A stretch of DNA of 63,021 bases, filler included, from Stramenopiles sp. TOSAG23-3 (taxonomy: Eukaryota): the NCBI GenBank assembly GCA_900128585.1. It is 3 parts of 3 records of this genome, joined end to end, with 100 filler letters (N's around TTAATTAATTAA, not from the genome) between each part and the next. Parts side by side here need not be neighbours in the genome. Positions count along the whole stretch, not along the records: positions 21,166 to 42,059 come from LT642366.1; 2 more parts are not named here. One strand, given 5' to 3'. Each line of letters begins with the position of its first letter. The first letter of the stretch is position 1. The notes beneath the pieces were generated by a model. The model worked only from the letters and a program-made list of their open reading frames with translations. It was not told the DNA's origin and did not search any database. The position numbers were made by a program, and so were the translations under genes. Shown piece by piece: positions 21,166 to 32,971 of the stretch.

Positions 21166-23803
21166 GTCCATCCTTTCCATCCTTTTTCCACTGTGGTGGC
21201 CACAACTGGCTGGCGCGAGCCTTAAAATTCGTTCTTATTGTCAGCGCGGCGCCGAATACAAAGTATGCTAGCGATACCCCTGCCAGAGACTTCTCTCCGC
21301 AGAATGCTGTGAGCGCCACGCGGTACAGTGCTTGCAACATTACTGTCTTACCGGGACCCCACTTGCACGTGCCTCTTCTCACTCTAAGGTACCAACATAT
21401 GTCAGTGATTATGATCCAGCCCATGGTTTCCCATCCAAACAACTTGGTACTCGGATCACAATAATCTTGCACTATGATTGAAAAAACAATCAATATGAGA
21501 ATACCGAGCGCGTACAGCATCATTGTTCGTTTCTTCCTCGTACTCTTCGTCCCAGCGATCCCGCTGGAGAGAGGGTCAGCGTATTTAAATGCAGGGTCTT
21601 TTGCATTGACGCTGTAATCTTCCCCCAAGTAGTCAAGAATCGACGGGTCTCGCGGTGCAGCAGCTTTTTTCCCTCCAAACTTTGCCCCTGCAAGCTTGAG
21701 TTTCAAACCCATTGATCCCATGCTTTTTAATTTGTCTTTTACTCGACCTACTTTCTTTGATTTTGATATAGTAGCAGCTAATTGGCTGAAGGAAGCGCTC
21801 AAGGCGGTATCATTGATGACCGCAATCGCCATGGTTGGGAGAAGGTTCAGTGTCATAAAGACGCAAGTTACTGAGAACAAGTCCAGGTATTCGCCTTCGA
21901 CAATAACGGCTGGGTCAATGAATGGGGCCATGCACACAAACAGGAACAGCATAGCTAGACAGAAGATCAGCGACAATAGAATAGTTCTGCTCATTCTCCA
22001 TCCTTGCTTTGCCCACAATCTCATAGTTAGGAAGCAAATGACAGCCGGGTATCCGACCAGCACTAAACTGAAACCTAAAGTTAAAGGCTGCACTTTCCCC
22101 ACCATAACTATTCCAAATGCCAAGATTTGCAACACAGGCAACGCAACGATAACGTAGACAGCCCGTTTAGCCCAGAAGAGGTGCCTGCAAAACTCTGCGT
22201 TTGGACCGTCGTCACTGTCATCATCTGGATCATCACCATCATAGCACAGAAATATTCCGGCAAGAATGTTCCTGTCATCACCGTCAATGGTAAGTCTGCA
22301 CAGCCAGGCTTCTACTCGGTTTAGTCGGAAGTCGAGCTCTTTCGCAATAAAACGGACCACTAGAGCTAAAAATATCGACCCAATGACTCCAAACTGCCAA
22401 ATGCAGGCCCAAAAAAGTTCACGATCGAAATCTTTTGCGTACTTGTACCCGGGTGGTGGAACACCCGGGAGCATTTTAACGATTACATTGTACATTTTCT
22501 TCATCTCTCCTTTTTCGTATTTGTAAGCATTTCCCCCAAACGTAAACTTTCCTGGGTTGGGAAACACTTTCCTTACCGCCTGCATATCATCTTCAGAACC
22601 AGCAGCACCAAAGAATTGACTGTACACCCGAGTCTTTTCGAAACCAGACCCCTCTAGCCACTCTAAAGGACGGTCTTCAAAGTCCTCTTTATCACGAAAT
22701 ACGTAAATTTCGACTCCATAATTCCAACTGAGATCAAAGTACTCTTTCGCCTTTAGGTCACGGTCTTTGTTATGCACCATTACCACATTCCCCCCGGTAG
22801 CATTTTGAAAGCGAAAATACTTCCCATCGTAAGTGTTTTCACTATCGAAGTATGCCCGACCCCAAGGGTACCGGTATACGTTTGGGTCAAATATGCCGGC
22901 GTGAGTGAAGCCAAAGACCCGTGCCGTCGTTTTCCCTGTTCCTGCTTCCGTAGAAACTGTATACACTTTTTCTACTTTGAGGTTAAACGCGTCTACAGTC
23001 TGCCGCAAATGTATGCACATCGCATCCGGATATTTTGTCTCATTCATGCAGTAATCTGCTGGCTGGTCCTTCTTCAGTGCTATCCACGCGCTCTCTTGGC
23101 ACGTTGTTGAGTGGGTGACTCTTCTAGAGAATGGGTTTCCCCAACTATTGATTTGCGAGATTGCTTTCGCGCCCACATTGTTGACACTGTCCAAGAAGGA
23201 GCATGGGATCACATGGTCGCTTATGGTTGCAATTGCATCGTCTGCAAATTCAAGCCCGGTATCTTTGTCCCATACTTCAATTTTGATCGGAGTACCCGAA
23301 TATTGAACACCCATGGACACGTTCACTCCACCAACGGGCCATATAGGGTTGAGACTGTTGCGCACCTTTTCTGAATCGCGCGATATATCGCCAATTACGA
23401 ATCGAACAAAAGCGTCTGTTTCCCCACCCGCAGCTCCAAACCCGTCCAGATCAGGCAAATTCTTTGCAGCAACCACTGTAATCGTTAAATTGCCACCCCG
23501 AATTTCCGTTAGGCGTCCAAGGCCGTTGTCAAGCTTACAATCGGCTTGCTTTTGGCATGAAAACTGCTTCGATGGTTCTAAGAATTGACAATATTTACCG
23601 ACATTGCCTGCCTTACATTTACAAAAGCCTTTAAAGCACTCCCCCGTCGCGTACGGGTGATCCCCAGTGTCATGCACGAAGTAAGTCCACGAGCAATTGA
23701 CGTTTTCCATGCACTCTGGCTGGCGAACCGACACGACTAGCGCAGGCAGAACGATCAGCAAAAGGAGTCCAAACCAAAGCGCTGGCGCTTTATGTTGACT
23801 CAT
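21166..23803 (-). CDS. Signal peptide + EGF-like + C2 domain + multipass membrane protein (3' truncated)
   Basis: Signal peptide; CFKGFCKCKAGNVGKYC EGF-like motif; C2 domain (ITVVAAKNLPDLD...TDAFV...SLNPIW...IEVWDKD); many hydrophobic helices afterwards. Open to the contig end. Confidence 0.8.
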
Positions 23804-24988
23804 GTTGGCGTGTCACTCTAATATCGAATCCTTTCGTACCAATCTCTACAATTTCCAAATTCTTCTAGAAGGAAATTGTAGCGTACGATTCTGTTCTCCT
23901 TGACAAGATCAATTGTATTAAAAATTGGATACATTTTAGTTGGTTAGTTTTAACCACCCACATTCTACTCCTTCATACCTTACACTGCCAAATAAAATAA
24001 TACCGAACAACAGTTGTTTTTGCGTCTTGTTGTTCTTGTTGTTCTTCGATATTGAAATAGCATTGAATAATATATATGCCGTTATTTTTTTATACGCACA
24101 ACATCGCGATATCTCGATTCACTCATAAAAATATATCTGAAATACCAGTCCTCGTATTACATTAAAAGTATACAAACACAACTAATTAGACCAAGGAGGA
24201 TGGTGGTATTAATATATAGTAATAAATAATAACCAACGACTATGAAGTAGAAAAAACAGGAAACAGGAAACAGGAAGCCATCGAAAGAAAACAGACGACT
24301 GAGTAGAATATATAGGCAATAATAATATAATTATATTTATATAAACAGTATTCTAATTTAGACCGTTAAATATTTTTTATCAAATTACTTCTTCGTATTC
24401 TCCACTCTCCACTCCACCAAGTTCCTGCTAGATAGTGTACATTTTACTGTATCGATTTCGTATTAATTGTCTATTTATTACCTATCATTATTTGTACTAC
24501 TGAATCATCTTGGTATTTCTTCTTTTTTGAGCACAGTGCACAGTCCATCGAACTATTATATTACATTATACCGGTACGTACCTGGTACTCAACGAGGAGT
24601 CGTCAGTTATTTATTCCTATAGTTCACTCTGATCATTTTTAATAATGATGTACACCTGTAAAATACTAAAAATAATAATATTATACTGAATTAAAAAAAA
24701 ACGAAGAAGAAGAAGAAGAAACAACACAACAAAACTACTCACAACAAACTAACGAGGAAAAAAAAAAAAGAAGAAGACGACGAGAAAGAGAGAACTTTCG
24801 ATTTAACGATACGCGAGGTAATTTTATCATTTTTAACGTGTGTAACTTTGGATGGACTAAGAGTATGTTTCTCGTTTGCGCCGTGCTCTTTTCTCATTTT
24901 ACATCCACAAGACACGTTTTCAACATAGTTTTCACCCATAATTACAACTTTTATTCTTCAGAATATTGTACCGATTATTTTGAAAACA

Positions 24989-25807
24989 ATGTCAAGCATT
25001 TCACAGCAGCGGCTTACCTACGAAGAGATCTCTCAGTTGAACCAAAGAAAAGATGAACTGAAAGCGCAACACCAAGGGTATCTCGATGAGCACACCGAGA
25101 TCCCTCGTATGCTAAGTGACTTTATGAGCGCAGTGTTGTTAGATAAGCCGGAAGATGTGTTTCTTTTTGCAGCGGAACATTTCGGCACGTTTGAAGGCAG
25201 CGATGGAGGTTTTCGCCCGGTAGTTATTTCGGGGCCGAAAAGTGTGGGCAAAACCACTGTTATAGGAATGCTGGTAAAGAAATTTCCGGAGGCCTTTGGG
25301 TTCTGCGTTAGTCATACTACGCGAGGAGCTAGAGAAGGAGAAACCGACGGGGTAAATTATTCCTTCATCTCAAAAGACGTTTTTAAGAACATGGTCGAAC
25401 AAAAACAATTTATTGAGAACGGCGACGTTGCGGGCGACTCTTATGGGACCAGCATTGAAGCTGTGAACGCAGTGCGAAAGACAGGGAAAGTGTGTATCTT
25501 AGATATTGGCGTTGGAGGCGTGCAAACAGTCAAAGAAACGAAAATAGCTCCCAGATATTTATTTATTACTCCGCCTGATCTTGCTGAACTTGAACAGAGA
25601 ATGCGTGGGCGTGGAGCAGAATCGGAGGAAACGTTAAAAGCGAATCTCAAAGACGCCAGCATTGATATCAAGTATGGAACGGCGAATGGTAACTTCCACA
25701 AAGTTATTGTGAACGATGACATTGAGGAGACGTTCCATGAAGTTCGAGATACGCTAGTATCTTGGTTTCCACACCTTGAAAAATTGGAAGCTGAAGATGA
25801 TGATTGA
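24989..25807 (+). CDS. Guanylate kinase with N-terminal RIIa/Dpy-30-like dimerization-docking domain
   Basis: YLDEHTEIPRMLSDFMSAVLLDKPEDVFLFAAEHF (RIIa-like). GK motifs SGPKSVGKTT, VSHTTRGAREGETDGVNYSF, YGTS, CILDI. Confidence 0.9.
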   Translation: MSSISQQRLTYEEISQLNQRKDELKAQHQGYLDEHTEIPRMLSDFMSAVLLDKPEDVFLFAAEHFGTFEGSDGGFRPVVISGPKSVGKTTVIGMLVKKFPEAFGFCVSHTTRGAREGETDGVNYSFISKDVFKNMVEQKQFIENGDVAGDSYGTSIEAVNAVRKTGKVCILDIGVGGVQTVKETKIAPRYLFITPPDLAELEQRMRGRGAESEETLKANLKDASIDIKYGTANGNFHKVIVNDDIEETFHEVRDTLVSWFPHLEKLEAEDDD

Positions 25808-25916
25808 GCCTCTTTTCCAATATAAGCACTTCGTATTTTATGAATAATAAATATATATTATAAATGTAAGAATTTTAAAAAATAATTATCATAGTTTTGT
25901 ATAAATACAAAGAAAC

Positions 25917-26190
25917 GATCAAACTCAATACCGATCATTATTTCATTGAGCAGTACCACAGACAACGAGCCCCTTTAAAACATTTATGCCTTTTTTCTTT
26001 AATTTTAATTACTATAAAATAACAGCCAATTTTTCTTGTTTTTAAATACAAAAACATTTTTTTATGAAATTCAACACAAAAATATCTTATTTTTATTTTA
26101 GAAATTGACCTTTCTCTAAACAAGAAAATTGGCTGTTATTTAAGTAATTAAAATTAATGTACTGCCAACTGAAATCTCTAAATTAAAACT
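25917..26190. mobile_element. Two back-to-back ends of CAAGAAAATTGGCTG-family copies
   Basis: 25917-25990 matches ~61798-61875 and the reverse complement of 43621-43680. Terminal motifs end at 26038 (reverse) and start at 26121 (forward). Confidence 0.8.
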
Positions 26191-26278
26191 AAATTTTATG
26201 AATTTAGATTTTTTATCATTTTACCTTCTTATTATATAATTTGTTTTTTTTTTACCTTCTCTGACCTCCGACCTAGCG

Positions 26279-29200
26279 TCATCCTTTAGAAAATAGAAAG
26301 GTAAGATTTATTCGACGATTCTTGTAGCCTTTTTTAAAATTCATAGGGCCAGTGTGATGAAACATTCTGGAGTCGAATATCACAACGCGGTTTGCTTTGT
26401 ATGGAATATTAATCCCCGTGACTCCGTTCTGCTGTTTTTGTTGCTGAAGGTATTGCTTAATTTCGTCTATCCTGCCAATTTTATTACCATCTAAACGAGA
26501 CCATTCATTTGGCTGAGTAACGGGATATATAACTAAGCCCCCCGTTTCTGAATCGAAGTTCGCATCGTCTGGAGTAATCCACATATTGAAACTTACGGAT
26601 GCATCATCAGCATGAATGGGCACTCCAGTATGGTCCTGCGAAGATTTGTAGGCCCACAGATTGGTAAGTTTGTGATCCTGTAGAATGTTTGGAAATTTAT
26701 CTCTCAGTTCCGTTACAAGTTGCTCAAGGACCGGGTGAGACAACCCGTCGTCGTGGTGGGCTCCTAGATAACCTTGCTTGATTGTGTACCAAAATGTAGA
26801 TTCTAGACAGTGGTTGTAAAGAAAGTCTAATGCTCCTTCCGTCAAAAAGTTGTCAACTATGACCAAAGAAGGCGTGCGTTGCGCGTACAACTGCTCTATT
26901 TTTGCAAAATCTAAGCTTGGCGATATGACACGAAACCCCTCGGTATTAGAGGACTTCAGTGCACTGGAGTGAGAGAATAGGGCTGTGTTGTACGAGGACC
27001 CCAAAAGACGATGGTGCTCCAACTTGAGCAGGTACGACCCTTTATCAATACCGTTATTCGGGTCTTCAGTGGATACTCTCTGATCAGCCAATTCCCGGCG
27101 AACCTCAGCTAGTACTTGCGTGTATTTATCAACTAAAGATGAAAACGGTATTTCAGGCAATCGCCCCAACTCTATTAAATACTCCAGTTGCTCAATGTCA
27201 TGCGTCAGCTTGTGCGGAGCCGTCATGTAAAAGTTACCTCTTCGTGCCCAGTTCTTAGGCGAAAATTTTCCCCCACGGATTGGATGAGGCATTGGGATCG
27301 CCAATTTTTGTTCGTAAAACTTTTCGATTTCAGGGAACGATTCGTTACGATGATTTAAAAATGCAATGGGGTTAACCAGCGCGTGCAGGTCCCCAAAACT
27401 GTCTCCTCGTTCCTGTCGATGCCATTCGCGCCAGTGTCGCAAATCTATGAATCTAGGCTTTGGAGAATATCGTTTCTTACAGCTACCGTTCGCACGCTTA
27501 AACGAAGCACCCGCTGCACACACGGAACCATGGTCGACTAGGGTTTCCCGTTTTTCGTTGAGGTCAATTTCCGTATGTTCGTTCAGGTACTTGTTGCAGA
27601 GAATTGAGTTTACTGTTCTTGCATAGGCACTCACAACTTTCGTCTCTTGAAACGGGGAGTTTTCTGCAGTCACGTATTTCCTAGCTTTTACCCCCATTTC
27701 CCGCCTCATTTTCCTGTTCGAAATCAGATTCAAGATAGAGAATGCCATCGCTTCAGGGGAAGGCTCACTTACAACTATCCCTCGCTCTCCATTTCCATGG
27801 CTTTGGCTCAAATATTCTTGAACGCCCCCTACGCCAAATGTGACGACCGGAATTTCGGAAGCCATGGCTTCCAAATTTGAGTAGCAAAAGGTCTCATTCA
27901 AAAGCGTTGTATGGACCACAATATCGACATTCTGCGCTAGATAAGAGGGTATGGCTTCATGGTTTAGCTTCATAATCTTAAAATATTTGCGGAGATCTAA
28001 CGTCTTGATTGCTGCTTGCAATCTGTCATTTAGCTGGCCTTCCCCAATGAACGAAAACATTAGGTCAGGAACATGGTCTGCACGTTTCCCTTTGGAGACC
28101 TTCTTCCACGTTTCTAGCAAAATATTTGCCGCCCGCAAGAAGATGCCTGGGCTCTTCACTGCTGTTAGCCGTCCGATATAAGCTATGTTCAATGTCGAAG
28201 GAGCGCGGTCCATGTACCGTTTCGCGCGAAGGGGCCAAAAATGTTTATATTTGGACGAGTCTATCCATGGCGTCATGACATGCACAGGAACCTTCGGCCG
28301 ATGGTGTTTCATGTGGTTTCGGGCAAAAGTAGAGGGGACAACGAACGCGTCAGGATTATCAATAAGCCCTAATTCAATGTTGCCCGGCTCTGCAATGACC
28401 ACAGGAACCCCCGACGCTCGAATAGCAAACAGCATCAGCTCATCTTCCCATCGTGATATCTTTCTGGTAGTAAAGTGAACTACGTCAAAGCCTTGCACTG
28501 CGCTTGAAATGGGCTCTAGCATTTTTTGGATTAATTGCTGAATTGTAGCAGGGACCTTCCTGCCCTTGGGCATTTCTGTCAGCAGCTGGGCCACCGCCTT
28601 TATAGAATTTCCAGCATATTTATACAGACTTTCATCAATTACCATAATTGCCTTTACGTACTCAATTCCCGAACGCTTCAAACCCGCGATTTCTTCTCTA
28701 TGATGACTTTGTGGAGACGGTGAATCCGAATCGGCTGCTATCCATTTTACACGCAAGGTCCCGGCCGACCCGTTCTTCGTCTGTATTGGCATTTTCGCAA
28801 GGGCCGACGCTAGTTTTAGCAAAAATATGCTCTGGCCATTTGTCACTGTGACAAGCGAGCTGATAATTGCGACCGACTCCACTTGAATACGTTTCGCAGC
28901 ACAGTAAGACAGTCGAATTGGTGAATTTTCTTGCAAAGTATTTTGCAGTGGGACCGGCTCGAGATTATTTCTGGCTGGCACAATGTCGAACAAAACAGTT
29001 TGAGAAGACTGCAACACCTGATCGATTACTTCGTGAAAAAATTGTACGCTATGTGTACCTATCGGCAGTTCTGTGACAGAGACGGAAACTTGGTTGCTTA
29101 TTTTATTATGCGTGCATTGTGAGGGGCTAGCACACGGCAAAGATATTACTAACGGATCGAATTCGCCGACGCGCAGGGTAAGGGTACCCGCCAGGACTGG

Positions 29201-29404
29201 CACTTGGCACAAGAAAGCAAAAGGCGACCCTTCCTCGTATATTGCAACCGCCAGATTCTCTGGTCGCAAAACTTTTAATTCACCAGTAAAGCGCGACGTT
29301 ATCGACTCAGCGGATAGAAGTAAACGTAGAAAGATAATTAGCATACCAAGCATTCGTTTGCGGTCCGTACAGTCTCTGCCCGCACTGATCTGTACTTCAG
29401 TCAT
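26279..29404 (-). CDS. GT4 (GT-B) glycosyltransferase fused to a C-terminal 2OG-Fe(II) oxygenase-like domain
   Basis: YIGRLTAVKSPG and ETFCYSNLEAMASEIPVV (E-x7-E) indicate GT4. C-terminal LWAYK, IHADD, NMWITPDDAN, FHHT, RRINLTFLF give a HxD...H...R triad. Start ATG at 29404 or 29353; the latter gives a signal peptide. Confidence 0.85.
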   Translation of the reverse strand: MTEVQISAGRDCTDRKRMLGMLIIFLRLLLSAESITSRFTGELKVLRPENLAVAIYEEGSPFAFLCQVPVLAGTLTLRVGEFDPLVISLPCASPSQCTHNKISNQVSVSVTELPIGTHSVQFFHEVIDQVLQSSQTVLFDIVPARNNLEPVPLQNTLQENSPIRLSYCAAKRIQVESVAIISSLVTVTNGQSIFLLKLASALAKMPIQTKNGSAGTLRVKWIAADSDSPSPQSHHREEIAGLKRSGIEYVKAIMVIDESLYKYAGNSIKAVAQLLTEMPKGRKVPATIQQLIQKMLEPISSAVQGFDVVHFTTRKISRWEDELMLFAIRASGVPVVIAEPGNIELGLIDNPDAFVVPSTFARNHMKHHRPKVPVHVMTPWIDSSKYKHFWPLRAKRYMDRAPSTLNIAYIGRLTAVKSPGIFLRAANILLETWKKVSKGKRADHVPDLMFSFIGEGQLNDRLQAAIKTLDLRKYFKIMKLNHEAIPSYLAQNVDIVVHTTLLNETFCYSNLEAMASEIPVVTFGVGGVQEYLSQSHGNGERGIVVSEPSPEAMAFSILNLISNRKMRREMGVKARKYVTAENSPFQETKVVSAYARTVNSILCNKYLNEHTEIDLNEKRETLVDHGSVCAAGASFKRANGSCKKRYSPKPRFIDLRHWREWHRQERGDSFGDLHALVNPIAFLNHRNESFPEIEKFYEQKLAIPMPHPIRGGKFSPKNWARRGNFYMTAPHKLTHDIEQLEYLIELGRLPEIPFSSLVDKYTQVLAEVRRELADQRVSTEDPNNGIDKGSYLLKLEHHRLLGSSYNTALFSHSSALKSSNTEGFRVISPSLDFAKIEQLYAQRTPSLVIVDNFLTEGALDFLYNHCLESTFWYTIKQGYLGAHHDDGLSHPVLEQLVTELRDKFPNILQDHKLTNLWAYKSSQDHTGVPIHADDASVSFNMWITPDDANFDSETGGLVIYPVTQPNEWSRLDGNKIGRIDEIKQYLQQQKQQNGVTGINIPYKANRVVIFDSRMFHHTGPMNFKKGYKNRRINLTFLFSKG

Positions 29405-30355
29405 TGTGAAAGTCAGGCAAGCCCGTCGCAAAGCATTTGAACCTGCGAAAAAACTCCACGTTTGTGTTGAACAGTAAAGAAATTTTATCCTACAACAAAT
29501 ATAGTATACATTTGACGAGCAAAGCCTGAGAAGAATATAAAATGAAGCTTACGATTTTTTCTCTGTACGAACGAATGGTCTCTTCTTAGACGACTATTCG
29601 CAAAGCAGTTCGTTGTTTTTTTTAGTTCCATTGGTTAGAAGATTGCAGTTTTCGACTTAAAACCAAAGACCTAATATTAACACTATTTTATTAATATTTT
29701 AACTTTCTTCTTCTCAACAAAATTTTTGACAGTTATTTTTCCAAGAACAATTCACACGACACAGCATAGAAACCGTATTCGGGTACTACTATGTACATCT
29801 GATAATAATATTACATGAAATAGCATCATCATAGCAAGACGTTATGTTCTCGTCTCCATCGTGATTATTTTTTTAATGCTATTTCTATATTATTACAATA
29901 AAAAAATAAAATAGCGAAGTATTTTTAACTTTGGTTGTTTTTAATCATTAAGGAACAATATATATATTGTAAGATTAATACATATATATATCAACAAAAT
30001 GATAAATATATTATATCAAATGATATATAATACCTAAATAATTGAAGAGACGACGTTAAAAAAATGAAAATGAAGAAAAACCGCCTCGTCGTCGGACGCG
30101 ATTGCCTCCATGAGACTTGAGTAATAACTATACTGACATATTTGGTATTGTTCCATTTGCACTACGAAAGTAATTCTTTTTGTGTAAAGTTGCAACCTTT
30201 CTATTTTAAAACAAAATAACTGTTCTTTTGTAAAAACTAGAAGCAAATTGTTTTATTTCTTTACGCCAGAGAGTCCCAAACAAGACGCTGCACAGAAACA
30301 TTGGCACTAGCTGATACTCCACGACACCCATCCAAAAAAAGCACGGAATCGGAAC

Positions 30356-32506
30356 ATGTCTCGTCGACGTCTTAGCGGGAGACCAGGAATTTCCCAGCAT
30401 GTGCATGAAATTGTTCGGAACGAAAATGCCGCTATGGAAGCAAACATTGCCAACTCCGATCGCCAAAGTCGTAGACGAAGGGCATCTATGAAAAAATTGC
30501 GTCAGCGTTCTCGGTCGCGGGGGCGTTCAAGTGGCAATCTTCGGCCAGCAGTAGAGGGCATCATACGAAAAGAATCGAACAACAACGATGACGGCAATGA
30601 AATTGCAGTTGAAGAGATTCGACGAAGTACTATGCAAGCCGCCAGTCAAAATAAGATTAACGTTAAGACTGCGAACTTCTACTACCGCTTTATTGACAAA
30701 ATCGAAGAGATTATCAACGTCATCAATACCGGGGAAGGAGACGGAGACGAAGTCACAAAGTTCGAAGAGTGCGGTTGCGCGGTTGAGACTGGAGCGCAAA
30801 TTTACGCCGCAAAGGTTGACGAAACGTACGCCGCTACGGGAAGGTTCGTAGCAGACCTAAACCGCAATTCCAACGAAAATGCAGACGATGACGGAAACGA
30901 CGACGAAGATGATATGGAAGGCACCTCCCAGAAAAAGAAGAGTAAAAAAATGGGTTCGGGTAACACGCTCGACTCTATCAAGAACATTACCAGCCAAAGG
31001 CTTGAAAGTGAGTACGACGTTGACCCAATTTTCGCAAAGATGTCCAAGAATATGGACCAAGGTGGGGCACGTGGAATGCTTCTGGGAAAGCTAAATGTTG
31101 AAAATGGCCTTAACATAGTTTTTGACACCACTGCAATTATTGAAGAAACATACACCACGGAGGAGAAAGTGGTGGAGGGAGAGGAGGAGACCGTTACTGT
31201 AAAACCACTCGCCGATGACGAAATGATCGATCTTGGTCAATTCCAGGCGGAGTTGAAAGACCATGCAGGGTGGGAATCGCGCTCTGTGTGCCCTTCTCTG
31301 GACATGTTTTACAGCGCTATGAGCAAAAGCTCCCGTCTGATTGAAAATGACGGCGTTGAGCCCGTAGAACAACCAAATGAAGGCATGCCACTACCAGCCT
31401 TTATAGACATGGACGCTCTTAGTGGAGATTTTGATGATGTTCCCGGCGATGGATTTTCTCCCGGTCAAATGCCCTCGGAAGGATTCATTGCGGCACCATT
31501 TACGCCGTCACAAGAAAGGCGGGCCAATGGCTATTCTGCGAACATGGTCGACCCGTCCAACATGGAAGTCAATACGGATGGATACATTGCCGCAGCAGAC
31601 CAAGAAAAGATCGACAACATTCTTGCAAGCTGCCCCTACTGGCAGTGCTTTGCGCCGTCGGCCCGTCTGTGCCTGGAGAAGAAGCAGGAAACGGAGTACC
31701 AGGAGAAAAAGAAGAAGGAACAAACGAAGATCGACTTTGCAAACACATTTGTCGACATCACAGCAGATGAAGACTTTGGGCCAATAAAGAAGAAGAACGG
31801 GGGCAAGCAAGGCAAAACCTACTTGAAGAAGCAGCGGGCAGACATGTTGACGAATATGCTCCCAGAAGATGTACATTACAAAGTAGATAATCTGAGGAGT
31901 TTGTTTACGACGAAGCGAACAACGTTTGGATTCACAAGTAGGATAGTCGAAGGGAACAATGATGCAGGCTTTAGCCCCAGTGCTTTGGGCGGCGGCGAAT
32001 TTTATGACGACGGTGGTTTTGAAAGTAACCTTGGCTTTGAAAACGAAGACGGGGGTGGTTTTGGCTTTAGTCCATCCAAGGCAGACGGCGCCAGCGACGA
32101 ACCGCCAAGTCCTACAAGCTTGGTACCGTATGCAAAGAAGGCCACTAAGTTTAACATAAAAGACATGAAAGCGAACATGTGGACTTACATTGACAAAGAC
32201 GCAAATGTTGGAACCGAGCAAGACAAGTACGAAGACGGGTTCTTTGTGGCACAAGAAGAAGATTCAACCGAAAAAGTGGAAGAAGAACAACTGAAGGCGG
32301 AAGAGGCGCCGGAAGAGGAACTTGACGGTGCATCGTTTGCTCATGCATTTTCCCAGGTGCACTCTGAGACTGAGGCCGTTTCGGTCCCAATGATGTTTCT
32401 TACCATGCTCTTTTTGGCAAACGAAAACTCTCTTGCCCTGCATTCAAATTCTGACATGGCGGACATCAAGATTTTGAAAAACTTGGAAAATGCCACAACG
32501 GCGTGA
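30356..32506 (+). CDS. NCAPH: Condensin complex subunit 2 (barren/CAP-H kleisin)
   Basis: NKINVKTA...FID, FEECGCAVETGAQIYAAKVDETY, DVDPIFAKMSKNMDQGGARGMLL, LPEDVHY, C-terminal SVPMMFLTMLFLANENSL. Confidence 0.93.
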   Translation: MSRRRLSGRPGISQHVHEIVRNENAAMEANIANSDRQSRRRRASMKKLRQRSRSRGRSSGNLRPAVEGIIRKESNNNDDGNEIAVEEIRRSTMQAASQNKINVKTANFYYRFIDKIEEIINVINTGEGDGDEVTKFEECGCAVETGAQIYAAKVDETYAATGRFVADLNRNSNENADDDGNDDEDDMEGTSQKKKSKKMGSGNTLDSIKNITSQRLESEYDVDPIFAKMSKNMDQGGARGMLLGKLNVENGLNIVFDTTAIIEETYTTEEKVVEGEEETVTVKPLADDEMIDLGQFQAELKDHAGWESRSVCPSLDMFYSAMSKSSRLIENDGVEPVEQPNEGMPLPAFIDMDALSGDFDDVPGDGFSPGQMPSEGFIAAPFTPSQERRANGYSANMVDPSNMEVNTDGYIAAADQEKIDNILASCPYWQCFAPSARLCLEKKQETEYQEKKKKEQTKIDFANTFVDITADEDFGPIKKKNGGKQGKTYLKKQRADMLTNMLPEDVHYKVDNLRSLFTTKRTTFGFTSRIVEGNNDAGFSPSALGGGEFYDDGGFESNLGFENEDGGGFGFSPSKADGASDEPPSPTSLVPYAKKATKFNIKDMKANMWTYIDKDANVGTEQDKYEDGFFVAQEEDSTEKVEEEQLKAEEAPEEELDGASFAHAFSQVHSETEAVSVPMMFLTMLFLANENSLALHSNSDMADIKILKNLENATTA

Positions 32507-32971
32507 AAAAGACCTTGTTAAACTTATGCATCATTGGAAAGATAAACAGTCAATTCAATGGTGCGGAGATAATTTTTTAGCCTACGGCGCACACTTAAAT
32601 TTTCTTTTTATGATATCAGAACAAGTTGAGCTATGTTACGAGATTTACGTATGATATATGATACGAGTAAATTACTTTTTTTTTAATCTTACATACGAAA
32701 TATTACACGAAGTTTATTCTAGAACTCCTGCGCAAAAAATACTACTTTTAGTAGTACTACGTAAGTAATAACTTTTTTGACGCGCAGTTTGTTCAAGTAG
32801 TTTTTTTTATTAAAGAATTACGATCTTACGACGTAGAATCTAACCCCCCCCACCGCGTAAATTCTTTCACGAACGAGGAGAGAGAATTTCTCCTCCTCCT
32901 CAGGTCTGTCACAAGAGTTCAGGAAAAGTCCGGCAACAAAATATGGTCCAATAATGGCAGTGCTGATGAAA

